This document shows positions 41,499 through 50,547 of a stretch of DNA of 64,000 nucleotides, one piece after another. The stretch is taken from the NCBI GenBank assembly GCA_963833865.1, contig CAWHZN010000012.1:6241-70240 (forward strand), written 5' to 3'. The notes under the pieces are model-generated. The model was not told the DNA's origin. It was given only the letters and a program-made list of their open reading frames with translations, and did not search any database. This stretch comes from an uncultured Parachlamydiaceae bacterium. Lineage in GTDB: Bacteria > Chlamydiota > Chlamydiia > Chlamydiales > Parachlamydiaceae. Every line of letters begins with the position of its first letter. Position 1 is the stretch's first letter. The translations under genes were made by a program, and so were the position numbers.

Positions 41499-42139
41499 GA
41501 TTCTTCTTTTAAAGCAGCGTTTTCCCATTCTTTATAGAGGTCCAAATTGGAAATTAGAGTTATATACTCTGCATGATCTCCTTGATCCAATCCATAACTT
41601 ATGATTCTGCTCACAACAGGAGCAAAGTAAGCATCCACCATGCCAAAGTCACCTAAAAGAAAAGAGCCCTTTTTTTGATTTTTACTCTTAAGGGTATCCC
41701 AGATTTCATAAATTCTGTGGATGTCTTTTATTGCTTCGGGGCTGATTTTCACGGGTGTTTTGAGCTTCATGTTCATGGGGCATTCTTGTCTCAAGTGAAT
41801 AAAACCAGAATGCATTTCTGCACAGGCTGAACGTGCTATGGCTCGTAGTTCCGGTGACTGGGGCAAAAGATTCTTAGCCGAAGAAATTTCGTTTCCATAC
41901 TCCAATATGGCAAGGCTATCGCCTACGATTAAGTCACCGTCTTGTAAAATGGGCACTGTTCCAGAAGGGGAAATAGATCTGATGTTTTCTTGCGTATTTT
42001 CCGTATTTAAGGGAATCATATGCTCAGTAAAATCTATTCCAAAATGCTTCAAGCCTATCCAAGCCCTAAAACTCCAAGAAGAATAGTTTTTGTTGGCTAT
42101 GTACAATTGACGTTTTGTCATCATCGTTCCTCCTGACAC
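41483..42139 (-). CDS. Glutathione S-transferase family protein
   Basis: IANKNYSSWSFRAW, SPSGTVPIL, DSLAILEY, ARSACAEMHSGF, DAYFAPVVSR. Confidence 0.9.
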   Translation of the reverse strand: MSGGTMMTKRQLYIANKNYSSWSFRAWIGLKHFGIDFTEHMIPLNTENTQENIRSISPSGTVPILQDGDLIVGDSLAILEYGNEISSAKNLLPQSPELRAIARSACAEMHSGFIHLRQECPMNMKLKTPVKISPEAIKDIHRIYEIWDTLKSKNQKKGSFLLGDFGMVDAYFAPVVSRIISYGLDQGDHAEYITLISNLDLYKEWENAALKEESQLSI

Positions 42140-42223
42140 ACGGTGACCTCATCGATCAATATATAGAGCCCTCAAAATCAATCAAGAAAGAACTTCAAGG
42201 ACTTCATTTTTTGAATTTCCCTC

Positions 42224-43159
42224 TTGAAAAATTTAGGACAATGTTTTTATATTCTTCTCGTATTAACTATTCTGAGGGAACAGCACATGAGCCTCAATTT
42301 TTCGAAAATTACCTCCGTTTTCTTTATCGTATTATTACTCTTCGGTCTGTCTTTTACAACTCATGCTTCAAAGAATATGGGAAACGCAGATAAAGTTGCC
42401 CTCGTGACTGGCGCCAGTCGGGGAATAGGATTTTCTCTAACCAAACAATTGTTGGAAGCAGGCGTCCATGTGATAGCGGTTGCCAGAAATGTTAAGTCCC
42501 TCGAAGCCTTGGGCACTCAGTTTCCTGGCAAGCTCCAGGTTATAGCTGCTGATTTATGCACAAGGGAAGGACAGTTATCTGTGGCTCCAGCTATAGGCAA
42601 GACACCCATAAACTATCTCGTCCATAATGCGGCTGTTATTGACCCTTTGGGTCAAAATGCCCTTTTGGAAACATCTCCCGATGAAATTTATCGTATCGTG
42701 GATGTGAACATTGTGGCCCCTATGATCTTAACCAATCAGTTGGCTCCCAACCTAAAAGCGGGTTCTCGTATTTTAATGGTATCTTCCCGGGCAGGGGATA
42801 AGGTTGGATCAGGGATGGGGCTATATTGTTTGTCAAAGACTGCCCTCGATCGGTATGCGGAGTCACTCAAATTGGATACGCCGCATGGCATTCTTGCAGC
42901 AGCTGTTCATCCTGGAGATATTGATACGGATATGCAGGGGGATTTGCGCAAAAAAGATACAGCGGATTTCCCCAGAGGAAAATTTTTTCGAGAAAATGCG
43001 AGCAAGCTAACGTCTCCAGATGTTTCTGGGCGATATTTAAAATGGTTGTTGCTCAAAACATCAGATAAAGACTTTGCAACAAAAAAACACAATATTTATG
43101 ATTCATCTCACCATGCAGAGTGGGCTGACGGGATAGATGTAAAGGATCCTTTCAATTAG
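42224..43159 (+). CDS. Short-chain dehydrogenase/reductase with N-terminal signal-like segment
   Basis: LVTGASRGIG, HNAA, YCLSK (YxxxK), HPGDIDTDMQ; probable start MSLNFSK. Confidence 0.85.
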   Translation: MKNLGQCFYILLVLTILREQHMSLNFSKITSVFFIVLLLFGLSFTTHASKNMGNADKVALVTGASRGIGFSLTKQLLEAGVHVIAVARNVKSLEALGTQFPGKLQVIAADLCTREGQLSVAPAIGKTPINYLVHNAAVIDPLGQNALLETSPDEIYRIVDVNIVAPMILTNQLAPNLKAGSRILMVSSRAGDKVGSGMGLYCLSKTALDRYAESLKLDTPHGILAAAVHPGDIDTDMQGDLRKKDTADFPRGKFFRENASKLTSPDVSGRYLKWLLLKTSDKDFATKKHNIYDSSHHAEWADGIDVKDPFN

Positions 43160-43219
43160 GGATTTACTCAATAACCAATTTAACTGCTTGTGTTATTTAC
43201 GCCGTTTTTTTAAAGGATC

Positions 43220-44011
43220 ATGTTTTCTATGAGTCAAAAGAAAAACTTCCCAGAACTTTCTAAAAATAGCAGACAGGCTGTAACGACGTGCATCAAACGT
43301 TTGGGAATAACTGTTGTATCCGTTATTTTGTTGTACCTGTGTGTTCTGGTATTTCCACAACCGCTGTTCACTCACCATATGACCTACCAGAACTATGAAG
43401 TTTGGTCTGATCAGCCCATTGCTCCCCAAATCACTGAAGTGCTCGATGATGTGACGCGACGTCTGAGAACTTCCAAACTCTATGAGCCTGATCGTCCTCT
43501 CAGAATCTTTTTTTGTAACGCATCGTGGCGACTATGGCTCTATGGCCATTTTAGAGATAAGATGGCGGGAATTGCTGATACATGTCTGACACGCAATGTT
43601 TATATAAGAGCCTCAGATATAGCTTCCAACCGAGTGATTCCTCCAAACTCTGAATCGTTTGCTGATGCGAATCAACGGCCGCTTTCTTATTTTATTGCCC
43701 ATGAAGCAACCCATATCCTCGAGTCATGGCGCTTTGGACGCCTCGCATTTATTCGTTATCCCCTATGGTTAGAGGAAGGATATGCGGATTACGTTGGTAA
43801 AGGCGGCGATTTTGAGTTCAATGAAAACCAGCAATTGCTTGTCACAGAGAGTCCCCTCATGGACTATCAGAAAAGTGGCGTCTATCGACGTTTTCATTTA
43901 GAAGTTTTTTTTCTCATTCATAAAAAAGGACTAACAGTGGAACAAATTTTTGCTAATCCACCGAATGAAGGTGATTTGATTAAAGAAATAAAGAATTACC
44001 CCAACGGTTAG
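43220..44011 (+). CDS. Membrane-anchored HExxH zinc metallopeptidase-like protein (clan MA-like)
   Basis: N-terminal TM; IAHEATHILE and WLEEGYADYV. Confidence 0.6.
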   Translation: MFSMSQKKNFPELSKNSRQAVTTCIKRLGITVVSVILLYLCVLVFPQPLFTHHMTYQNYEVWSDQPIAPQITEVLDDVTRRLRTSKLYEPDRPLRIFFCNASWRLWLYGHFRDKMAGIADTCLTRNVYIRASDIASNRVIPPNSESFADANQRPLSYFIAHEATHILESWRFGRLAFIRYPLWLEEGYADYVGKGGDFEFNENQQLLVTESPLMDYQKSGVYRRFHLEVFFLIHKKGLTVEQIFANPPNEGDLIKEIKNYPNG

Positions 44012-44071
44012 AGGGCATAAAAATTGCTCCACAATCCATATCGGAGACCATCTAGAACAAAGGCCTAACAA

Positions 44072-44278
44072 ATGAAACTTTTTAATCACATTCAAATCAA
44101 AGTTAAAGATTTAAAAACAAGTCGTCGGTTTTATGATGCGATTATGGAGACTTTAAGTCATCCAGTTGTTCTAGAGATTAGGAATGCGGTCATCGGCTAT
44201 GGAACGAGTATTTATGATATGTTTGAAATACAGCAATATGATGACAAATCACCCTGGTATAGTGGAAAAATCTCTTAG
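44072..44278 (+). pseudogene. Truncated VOC/glyoxalase-family protein
   Basis: FNHIQIKVKDLKTSRRFYD matches the first VOC motif; only 68 aa. Confidence 0.55.
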
Positions 44279-44587
44279 AGATTATAAGGAACGTTAGAAA
44301 AGTGGTGTCTGCCATAAGACTCCATTCAGTCTCAATTTAAATCTTATGTAAACTAGCGGCTAAAGTTTCGTGTAGTGAACCTAAAAATGTAAAAGACCTC
44401 GAACAGGTTCTGTTTGAGAGTGATAAATTAAAAAGGCTACCGTTTCTCTGCTTTTCCCATGTATTAATTCACAAAATAAATATGTAAAAAAATATTGCTA
44501 TCTAAATATAGTCATGTTACAACGTCTTTGGTTGTGTAAAATTTTAATCAACACTTTAAAATAAACTTAGCAAGAAAGGAAATCATT

Positions 44588-45217
44588 ATGAAAGCAAAAA
44601 TTCTATTGTCAGCACTTCTTTTAACGACTAGCTGCATAATTTCATCGATCGCTTCAGAAAAGGAGGTGAAAGAAACCATCAATCCCCAAAAGGAGGAAAT
44701 CCTTGATTTGAAGTCACAAAAAGAGAAAGCTAAACTCAAGCCTAAAGACAAAATGGCTGAATTTAAGGATTTGTCTTTAGACAAGCTGAACTCAAAAATA
44801 AAGATTCTTAATGCTGTGGAAGCAGACGCCTTAGAAACAGATCCTTGTTTTTATGAAAAATACATATACAGAGATTATTTGCTTATAGCTAGATTTAAAC
44901 TTACTGAATTGACCCAAAAAGTTGAACTGACTGAAGAGGAAAAAAAGTACTTCGATGCTTACCTACAATTCGGACGCAAGTTCTTCAATGGCTTTTATTT
45001 TACTGAACCCGCTCTACTACCAATTAAAACGCGTGTCTTGGAGTTTTATCCAGAATTAGAATATGTGCTAAAGGGCGCGAGCTTTTCAAACAAGGGTGAC
45101 GGCACTTATACAACATTCCTTGAGAAATGCGAGATAGAGGATAAAGCAAGCCTATCTGATAAAATGAAATTCATTAAGGAAAACCCTTGGAAGAAATCAC
45201 TGAATCCCATAAGCTAG
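44588..45217 (+). CDS. Secreted hypothetical protein
   Basis: AAGGA RBS; signal MKAKILLSALLLTTSCIISSIA; followed by a terminator. Confidence 0.7.
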   Translation: MKAKILLSALLLTTSCIISSIASEKEVKETINPQKEEILDLKSQKEKAKLKPKDKMAEFKDLSLDKLNSKIKILNAVEADALETDPCFYEKYIYRDYLLIARFKLTELTQKVELTEEEKKYFDAYLQFGRKFFNGFYFTEPALLPIKTRVLEFYPELEYVLKGASFSNKGDGTYTTFLEKCEIEDKASLSDKMKFIKENPWKKSLNPIS

Positions 45218-45256
45218 AATCCGAATAAATTCAATCATTTGGACATAATAAGTTAG

Positions 45257-45289
45257 GCCAAGTTGTGTGAACAGCAACTTGGCTTTTTT
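45257..45289 (+). terminator. Rho-independent terminator
   Basis: GCCAAGTTG-loop-CAACTTGGC followed by T6. Confidence 0.8.
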
Positions 45290-45445
45290 AATTGTGAGTC
45301 ACTTTTTTTGTTTTTTTAGGGAAATTAAAAGAAGCTGGACTCGTGTAGTCGGCTATTTGTCTAATTGGGCTAGTCAAGGAGAAAAATTAACTGAGGAAAA
45401 TCGTATTTAAAGTGAATGGAGTTTAGTTCACTTTCAAGAAATTGC

Positions 45446-46420
45446 TTAATTATTTAAAACTATTTTCTTCTTTGGATCCCCAAACATTTTGATAAGCTGT
45501 TCCCATTGATCCCTCAAATGATTTGACCCATAGATCACAAGTATTTTTTTATTCCTTTCAGGGGCCTCCTTAATAACTTTTAACATATGGTCATCTCTGT
45601 TTTTATGGAAGTAATAGGCAATTTTCTGAGTCTTAACAGCTCTTTTATCTAGACTAGATTCAATGTAGAAGCTTCCTTTTTTAAAATCTTGAAACGCCTT
45701 AGCCATATCCAATTTTTCTTCCATATTCTTCTCCCACCACTTTAGGAAATCAGCATATGTATAGGAAACGGGACGACCCAGCCATTCAGCTATGTTTTTC
45801 TGCAAGTACTGTGTACACATCGAATCCCAAGTTTCAGGCGTAAACTTAATGGTATGCGTTTCAAAATCACCATCTCGAAAAAAATAAGGGATTTCCATAA
45901 CAAGCATGTAAAAGCAAAGGTCCTCAAAGGTAAATCCTTGATTTTCAAGAGGAAGAATCTGTTCACTTTCACTGAGTTCTATCCCAATAAAGGGCACTTT
46001 GTTGATAGTCGCCAAATAAGCAGCATATAGATTCTCATTACACTTACCAGAATCACAGATAAGCTTTGACTTGTCTTTAAGCCGTTGAGGAGATTCGCCC
46101 TCTTGTGCGGCTGAAAAGCCTTCCATAAGGTATACATCAGGTTTTTCTTTCTCAAAGACATTGCGAATTGTTTTATGAATTTCTGAGTCAAGATTGTCTG
46201 TATGGTGGACGGCAATAATTGTGATTTCCTTATCACCTGGGATGGTCCATTTGACAATTTGTGGCGGCCAATCCTCCTTTGAAACATCCAGAGGTGGTAT
46301 GCCAAAACAAGATGTGGAGACTAAAATAAGAAAAGTAAAAAGAGTTCTTATCATAATTTTTCCTCTATCTAAAGGGGCCTGTTGAAGATCCACCATACTC
46401 TGACTTCCAACAGCGGTCAA
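45446..46420 (-). CDS. Secreted hypothetical protein (possibly TraB/ChaN-like fold)
   Basis: Signal MIRTLFTFLILVSTSCFG; AVHH, PDVYLMEG, RDDHM and IYGSNH suggest a TraB/ChaN-like fold. Confidence 0.5.
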   Translation of the reverse strand: MTAVGSQSMVDLQQAPLDRGKIMIRTLFTFLILVSTSCFGIPPLDVSKEDWPPQIVKWTIPGDKEITIIAVHHTDNLDSEIHKTIRNVFEKEKPDVYLMEGFSAAQEGESPQRLKDKSKLICDSGKCNENLYAAYLATINKVPFIGIELSESEQILPLENQGFTFEDLCFYMLVMEIPYFFRDGDFETHTIKFTPETWDSMCTQYLQKNIAEWLGRPVSYTYADFLKWWEKNMEEKLDMAKAFQDFKKGSFYIESSLDKRAVKTQKIAYYFHKNRDDHMLKVIKEAPERNKKILVIYGSNHLRDQWEQLIKMFGDPKKKIVLNN

Positions 46421-46472
46421 AAATACCTAAAAGGAAGATACCATGATGGATTTAGGGGTGTCCAGAGGGGCT

Positions 46473-47231
46473 TCACTTCTTAAATTTTGCTATGAATACT
46501 GCAGGAATCTCAGGCAGCTTTTGCCAACCTGAAGGTGTGGTCAGTTCAGTTGCTTGGGGAAAGGCGGTCTCCACCATGTCACACATCAAAAACCCTTCTT
46601 CAAAGGCAGCACTCAGATAGGACTGTAGCGATCTATGAAAAAAGGAATGAGTAGATGGAAATGTAGGTAAAGCTCTTACTTTCATTGTGTTGGGTGTGAG
46701 ATATTTACAAACTTTAACAGAATGTTCTGAAACACGAATACCATCAACTTCATAAATTTCCGTAAGGTGGGAACCTACTGACTTATCAAAACAGGGATGC
46801 GTGATAGAAAAAACAAATATACCCGTTTTTTTGAGGGCTTTATAAGCTAAATAAAAAACAGGGTTTAATTCTGCTATGTCCATGAGAGCCATATTGCATA
46901 AAACCACATCAAATTCAGATGCTTCCAAAAAGCTGACGGCCTGGTCTTTGGTTATATCAGCGACATGATATGCAATACTCATATCTTTCGAACGCTGTTG
47001 AGCCAAATTTACCATTTCCTGTGAGCCATCAATGGCCGTAACAGAAGCTCCAAGTCTCGTCATCAAACGCGACATCTGACCATTTCCACAGGCAAGATCC
47101 AGAACTTTCTTACCCTCAAGGTTACCCAAGAAATTAAGAGTATGAGGTTCAACAAGCGTTTTTTGGAAATCGCTCCCCTCAGCCATGGCTTCATCCCAAA
47201 TCGCTGCGTTTGTGTTCCAATTTCTTATCAT
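46473..47231 (-). CDS. Class I SAM-dependent methyltransferase
   Basis: VLDLACGNG, AIDGS, FDVVLCNMALMDI, FSITHPCF. Confidence 0.88.
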   Translation of the reverse strand: MIRNWNTNAAIWDEAMAEGSDFQKTLVEPHTLNFLGNLEGKKVLDLACGNGQMSRLMTRLGASVTAIDGSQEMVNLAQQRSKDMSIAYHVADITKDQAVSFLEASEFDVVLCNMALMDIAELNPVFYLAYKALKKTGIFVFSITHPCFDKSVGSHLTEIYEVDGIRVSEHSVKVCKYLTPNTMKVRALPTFPSTHSFFHRSLQSYLSAAFEEGFLMCDMVETAFPQATELTTPSGWQKLPEIPAVFIAKFKK

Positions 47232-47632
47232 TTTATTGATTCTTTTCTTTGAATTAGATTTTTGTATTTCTTTTGGAGAAATTGTCTAGAGATTGACTTA
47301 TTTTTTATCATGCCGCGTACCCTATCTCAGAACAAAACTCCTAAATTACCTGGAGGGACGGTAGCACAATGGACTTAGGTGTGTCTAGGTTGGACGAATC
47401 GCACCCCCCCCAGGCGGAAGTTGGATACAGATTCCAGTTGTGGTCAATCTTACTTACATTAATCACTTTTTAAACACACGAAGTTGAGTCTGACGACTGT
47501 TGTAAAAAAAGCTTGATTTAGAAGAATATATGCGGTAACAATTCTAAGAGCACGGGGGATAAAACTCTTTTAAAGAGCGGTGAATCTTGTCCAATCTATG
47601 TGGAAAATCTTAAATACGGAGTTATAGATAAC

Positions 47633-49201
47633 ATGAAAAAAAGCTTAATGGCCTTATCTTTTTTGATAGTCATGTCTCCGACAACTCAGGCATCTCGTGT
47701 AAAGACATCTTATCTGGAGAGTATTGTTGGAGAACAAAAATATAAAGAGCTAAAACAGGGACTCTTAACAACACTGGATCTGAAGGACAAAGGGATTGAA
47801 GATAAGCACATTGAATTGATCGTCCAAGAAAAACTAAACCTCACACAACTGAATTTGTATAACAATAAGATTACAGGTACGGGCGTTGAATTGATCGTTC
47901 GGGGGTTCCCAAGCCTCAAAATGGTGGATTTATCTGCTAATCAGATTGGAGATCAAGGTGCTCAATTGGTTCTTAGCTGGAAGTCAAACCTCGAAAGAGT
48001 GAATCTGTCTAGGAATCAGATTGGAGATCAGGGTGTTGAATTGATCCTCAATCAGGACACAAAGATCATAAGTCTGGATCTGAGTTTCAATAAGATGACA
48101 AATCAGAGCGTTCGATTGATTCTCCAGAAGAGCCCAACCCTCGAAAATCTAGATTTGCGTTCTAATAAGATTGACAATGAGGGTGTAATATATCTCCTAA
48201 ATGGCCTCCAGTATAACACAAAACTCACAGAACTAGGACTATATTCTTGTAACATCGATTATAATTATATTAGATTGATCAATTTTAAGTTGGAATATAA
48301 TAAAGGGATTAATTCTATATTCAATAAAGGTGTCTATGCAAACTTAGGTCAAATTAATGTGGATAATTTTGATAAAGAAACAATGACAAGAATTTTGAAA
48401 AATCATGGATCATTCGAAGTTGTTGGACCTTCAGTAAACGAGCTTTCCGAAATTGCATTACAGACGCTTAACGAATGCAAGACTGTACTGAATCTTCCTC
48501 TCGAATCTCTCAATAAAGTATACAATGATGGATTTCATGGATTTCAGAACATTCAAAAAGAAACTCAAGATAGATATCCCAACGATATCGACAAGGTTCG
48601 AAATCAGGTTGCTTATCATTTTAAACCATATCGTCTTGACTCTAAGATTCCAGAAGGTATAGACGGCCTTAAATACTACCCTAAATATTACACGAAAGCT
48701 ATGACTTTTTTATATAATCTCTACGATAAGATCGCTAAATCTTATATTGAATCCGACAAAAAGACCATTTTTAATGAAAAGGCGCAAACGTCCGTCTTAA
48801 CTTCTAGAAAGTACTTTCCGGGTCCTGGGGGAACTGGTATCCCTCCTCATAGCGATTATGGTCTGTTAACTTTGGTTGTCTCCAATAAAGATGGCCTTGA
48901 TGTATTAGAGGGTGAGAATATAAAAAATGGAAAATGGTTGAGAACTTCTTGCGGAGAATCAAATAAGCCGCGCTTCTACATTAACATTGGAGATTGGCTT
49001 CTTTTTCAAACAGGTAATAAAGAATTTGTTGCTGGAGTTCATCAAGTTCCTAAATTAAAAGAAGGTAGATATTCCCTAGCTGTATTTCTTAACCCGCCTC
49101 TTGATGAAGAACGTTCAACATTCACAGGCATCCGTGTGAAGTATGGCAAATTTCTTATGAGTGATAAAAAAGATTATCATGTCAATCTACGGCTTGATTA
49201 A
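47633..49201 (+). CDS. Secreted leucine-rich-repeat / 2OG-Fe(II) dioxygenase fusion
   Basis: Signal MKKSLMALSFLIVMSPTTQA; about 7 RI-like LRRs (LNLYNNKITGTGV, DLSANQIGDQGA); HSDYGLLTL...GVHQV...RYSLAVF (HxD..H, RxS). Confidence 0.82.
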   Translation: MKKSLMALSFLIVMSPTTQASRVKTSYLESIVGEQKYKELKQGLLTTLDLKDKGIEDKHIELIVQEKLNLTQLNLYNNKITGTGVELIVRGFPSLKMVDLSANQIGDQGAQLVLSWKSNLERVNLSRNQIGDQGVELILNQDTKIISLDLSFNKMTNQSVRLILQKSPTLENLDLRSNKIDNEGVIYLLNGLQYNTKLTELGLYSCNIDYNYIRLINFKLEYNKGINSIFNKGVYANLGQINVDNFDKETMTRILKNHGSFEVVGPSVNELSEIALQTLNECKTVLNLPLESLNKVYNDGFHGFQNIQKETQDRYPNDIDKVRNQVAYHFKPYRLDSKIPEGIDGLKYYPKYYTKAMTFLYNLYDKIAKSYIESDKKTIFNEKAQTSVLTSRKYFPGPGGTGIPPHSDYGLLTLVVSNKDGLDVLEGENIKNGKWLRTSCGESNKPRFYINIGDWLLFQTGNKEFVAGVHQVPKLKEGRYSLAVFLNPPLDEERSTFTGIRVKYGKFLMSDKKDYHVNLRLD

Positions 49202-49443
49202 GTTAAGGGGTTTGAACAGTCAAAATGGGTGTCGTCACGGATTAGATAGTATTTTTATTAATTATAAGAATTATGTATTACTTTTAACAGAAGCTAAGTG
49301 TGAGTGTAAAATCAGTTTAAAAAATGCTGGATTATTCATGCCTAACAAAAACTGCGAAACATCTATAGTGGATGAGAAATAGTCCTCCTCCTCAACAAAT
49401 ATTATAACAACAATATACTTCAAATAAAATAGGATTGCAGATT

Positions 49444-50136
49444 ATGTCTTTCATACAGCCCGTTCGATCAACTGGGAATAAAAAGAAAGTTATTTATTTT
49501 CCATATGCAGGGGGATTTTCCAGTTCTTTTCACCAATTCTCAAATTTATTTAGTTCTCAATATGACTTGTTCTCTGTAGAGTATCCAGGACGTCGTGAAA
49601 CTAAAAATCCATCCTCAACCCATTCATTTCAAGGATTGTGTACTCTCTTCGTGAATGAGCTTTCTAAATTAGGAGAAAGTGATTTTTATTTGATTGGAAT
49701 AAGCATGGGAGGCTACATTGCGTTTAAGGTGGCACAAAGCATGGAAACATTCCTAAAAGTTTCTCCTAAACACCTGTTTATGCTTTCCGTCATGGATGAG
49801 CAAAATTTGATGACATCCCTCCACAATTCAACGGCTTGGATTCAGCAATTTTTAGATAATGAAATTCTAAAAGAAGATCGCGTGTTTTCTGACTACCTAG
49901 CGGAGTTAATGCTTCATGACCGCACTATTCTTATGACAATGCGGCTGGGAGAGTCTTATTTAACACACACGCCACTCACAATTGTGAATGGACAACAAGA
50001 TAACTATTGTCATTCTGGCGAAAGTGAATGTTTCTGGAAAAATCGTACAGCTCATAATTTTCAATATAAAACCCATGTTGGGGGACATCTTCCCACTCCA
50101 AAAGATCTTCAACACCTTTTCTTGAATTTCTCTTGA
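49444..50136 (+). CDS. Type II thioesterase-like alpha/beta hydrolase
   Basis: FPYAGG, VEYPGR, GISMG nucleophile elbow, GGHL. Confidence 0.8.
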   Translation: MSFIQPVRSTGNKKKVIYFPYAGGFSSSFHQFSNLFSSQYDLFSVEYPGRRETKNPSSTHSFQGLCTLFVNELSKLGESDFYLIGISMGGYIAFKVAQSMETFLKVSPKHLFMLSVMDEQNLMTSLHNSTAWIQQFLDNEILKEDRVFSDYLAELMLHDRTILMTMRLGESYLTHTPLTIVNGQQDNYCHSGESECFWKNRTAHNFQYKTHVGGHLPTPKDLQHLFLNFS

Positions 50137-50547
50137 CTGAGTGTTGTGATGATCCTTGGACAGAAAAGCACTCCCAGACTAAATCCAAAAAGCTTAGCGC
50201 TTTTAGTAACGTTTAAAAGGCCTTAAGAGAACCACTTTTAGGCAAGTGTGAAATTTACGCAGTTTATGTGCTTAATGAAACTTTTCTTTAGATTACGTAT
50301 TGATTCTGTTGGATTCCAAGCCCCATTAGAAAACACTCTTCTTATAGTTTTGGCGACAAAGTCTCCTCTTCATTACCACGTAAAATCTGTTTTATTTCCC
50401 TGATCGTAAATCGTCTTTGCTGTAACTCTCGAGAGGGCATCATTTGACTGCGTTCGAAGTACACTAACTCACGACAAAGTAACACTTTCTTAACCAAACA
50501 CCCTTTAAAATTAGTGTATGAAAAACTAATTTGAAGCTGTTCATTTT

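Noticed and set aside
47300-47500. Possible IS remnant or ncRNA in the intergenic region
   Set aside because: No convincing inverted repeats, ORF homology or structure could be supported by eye
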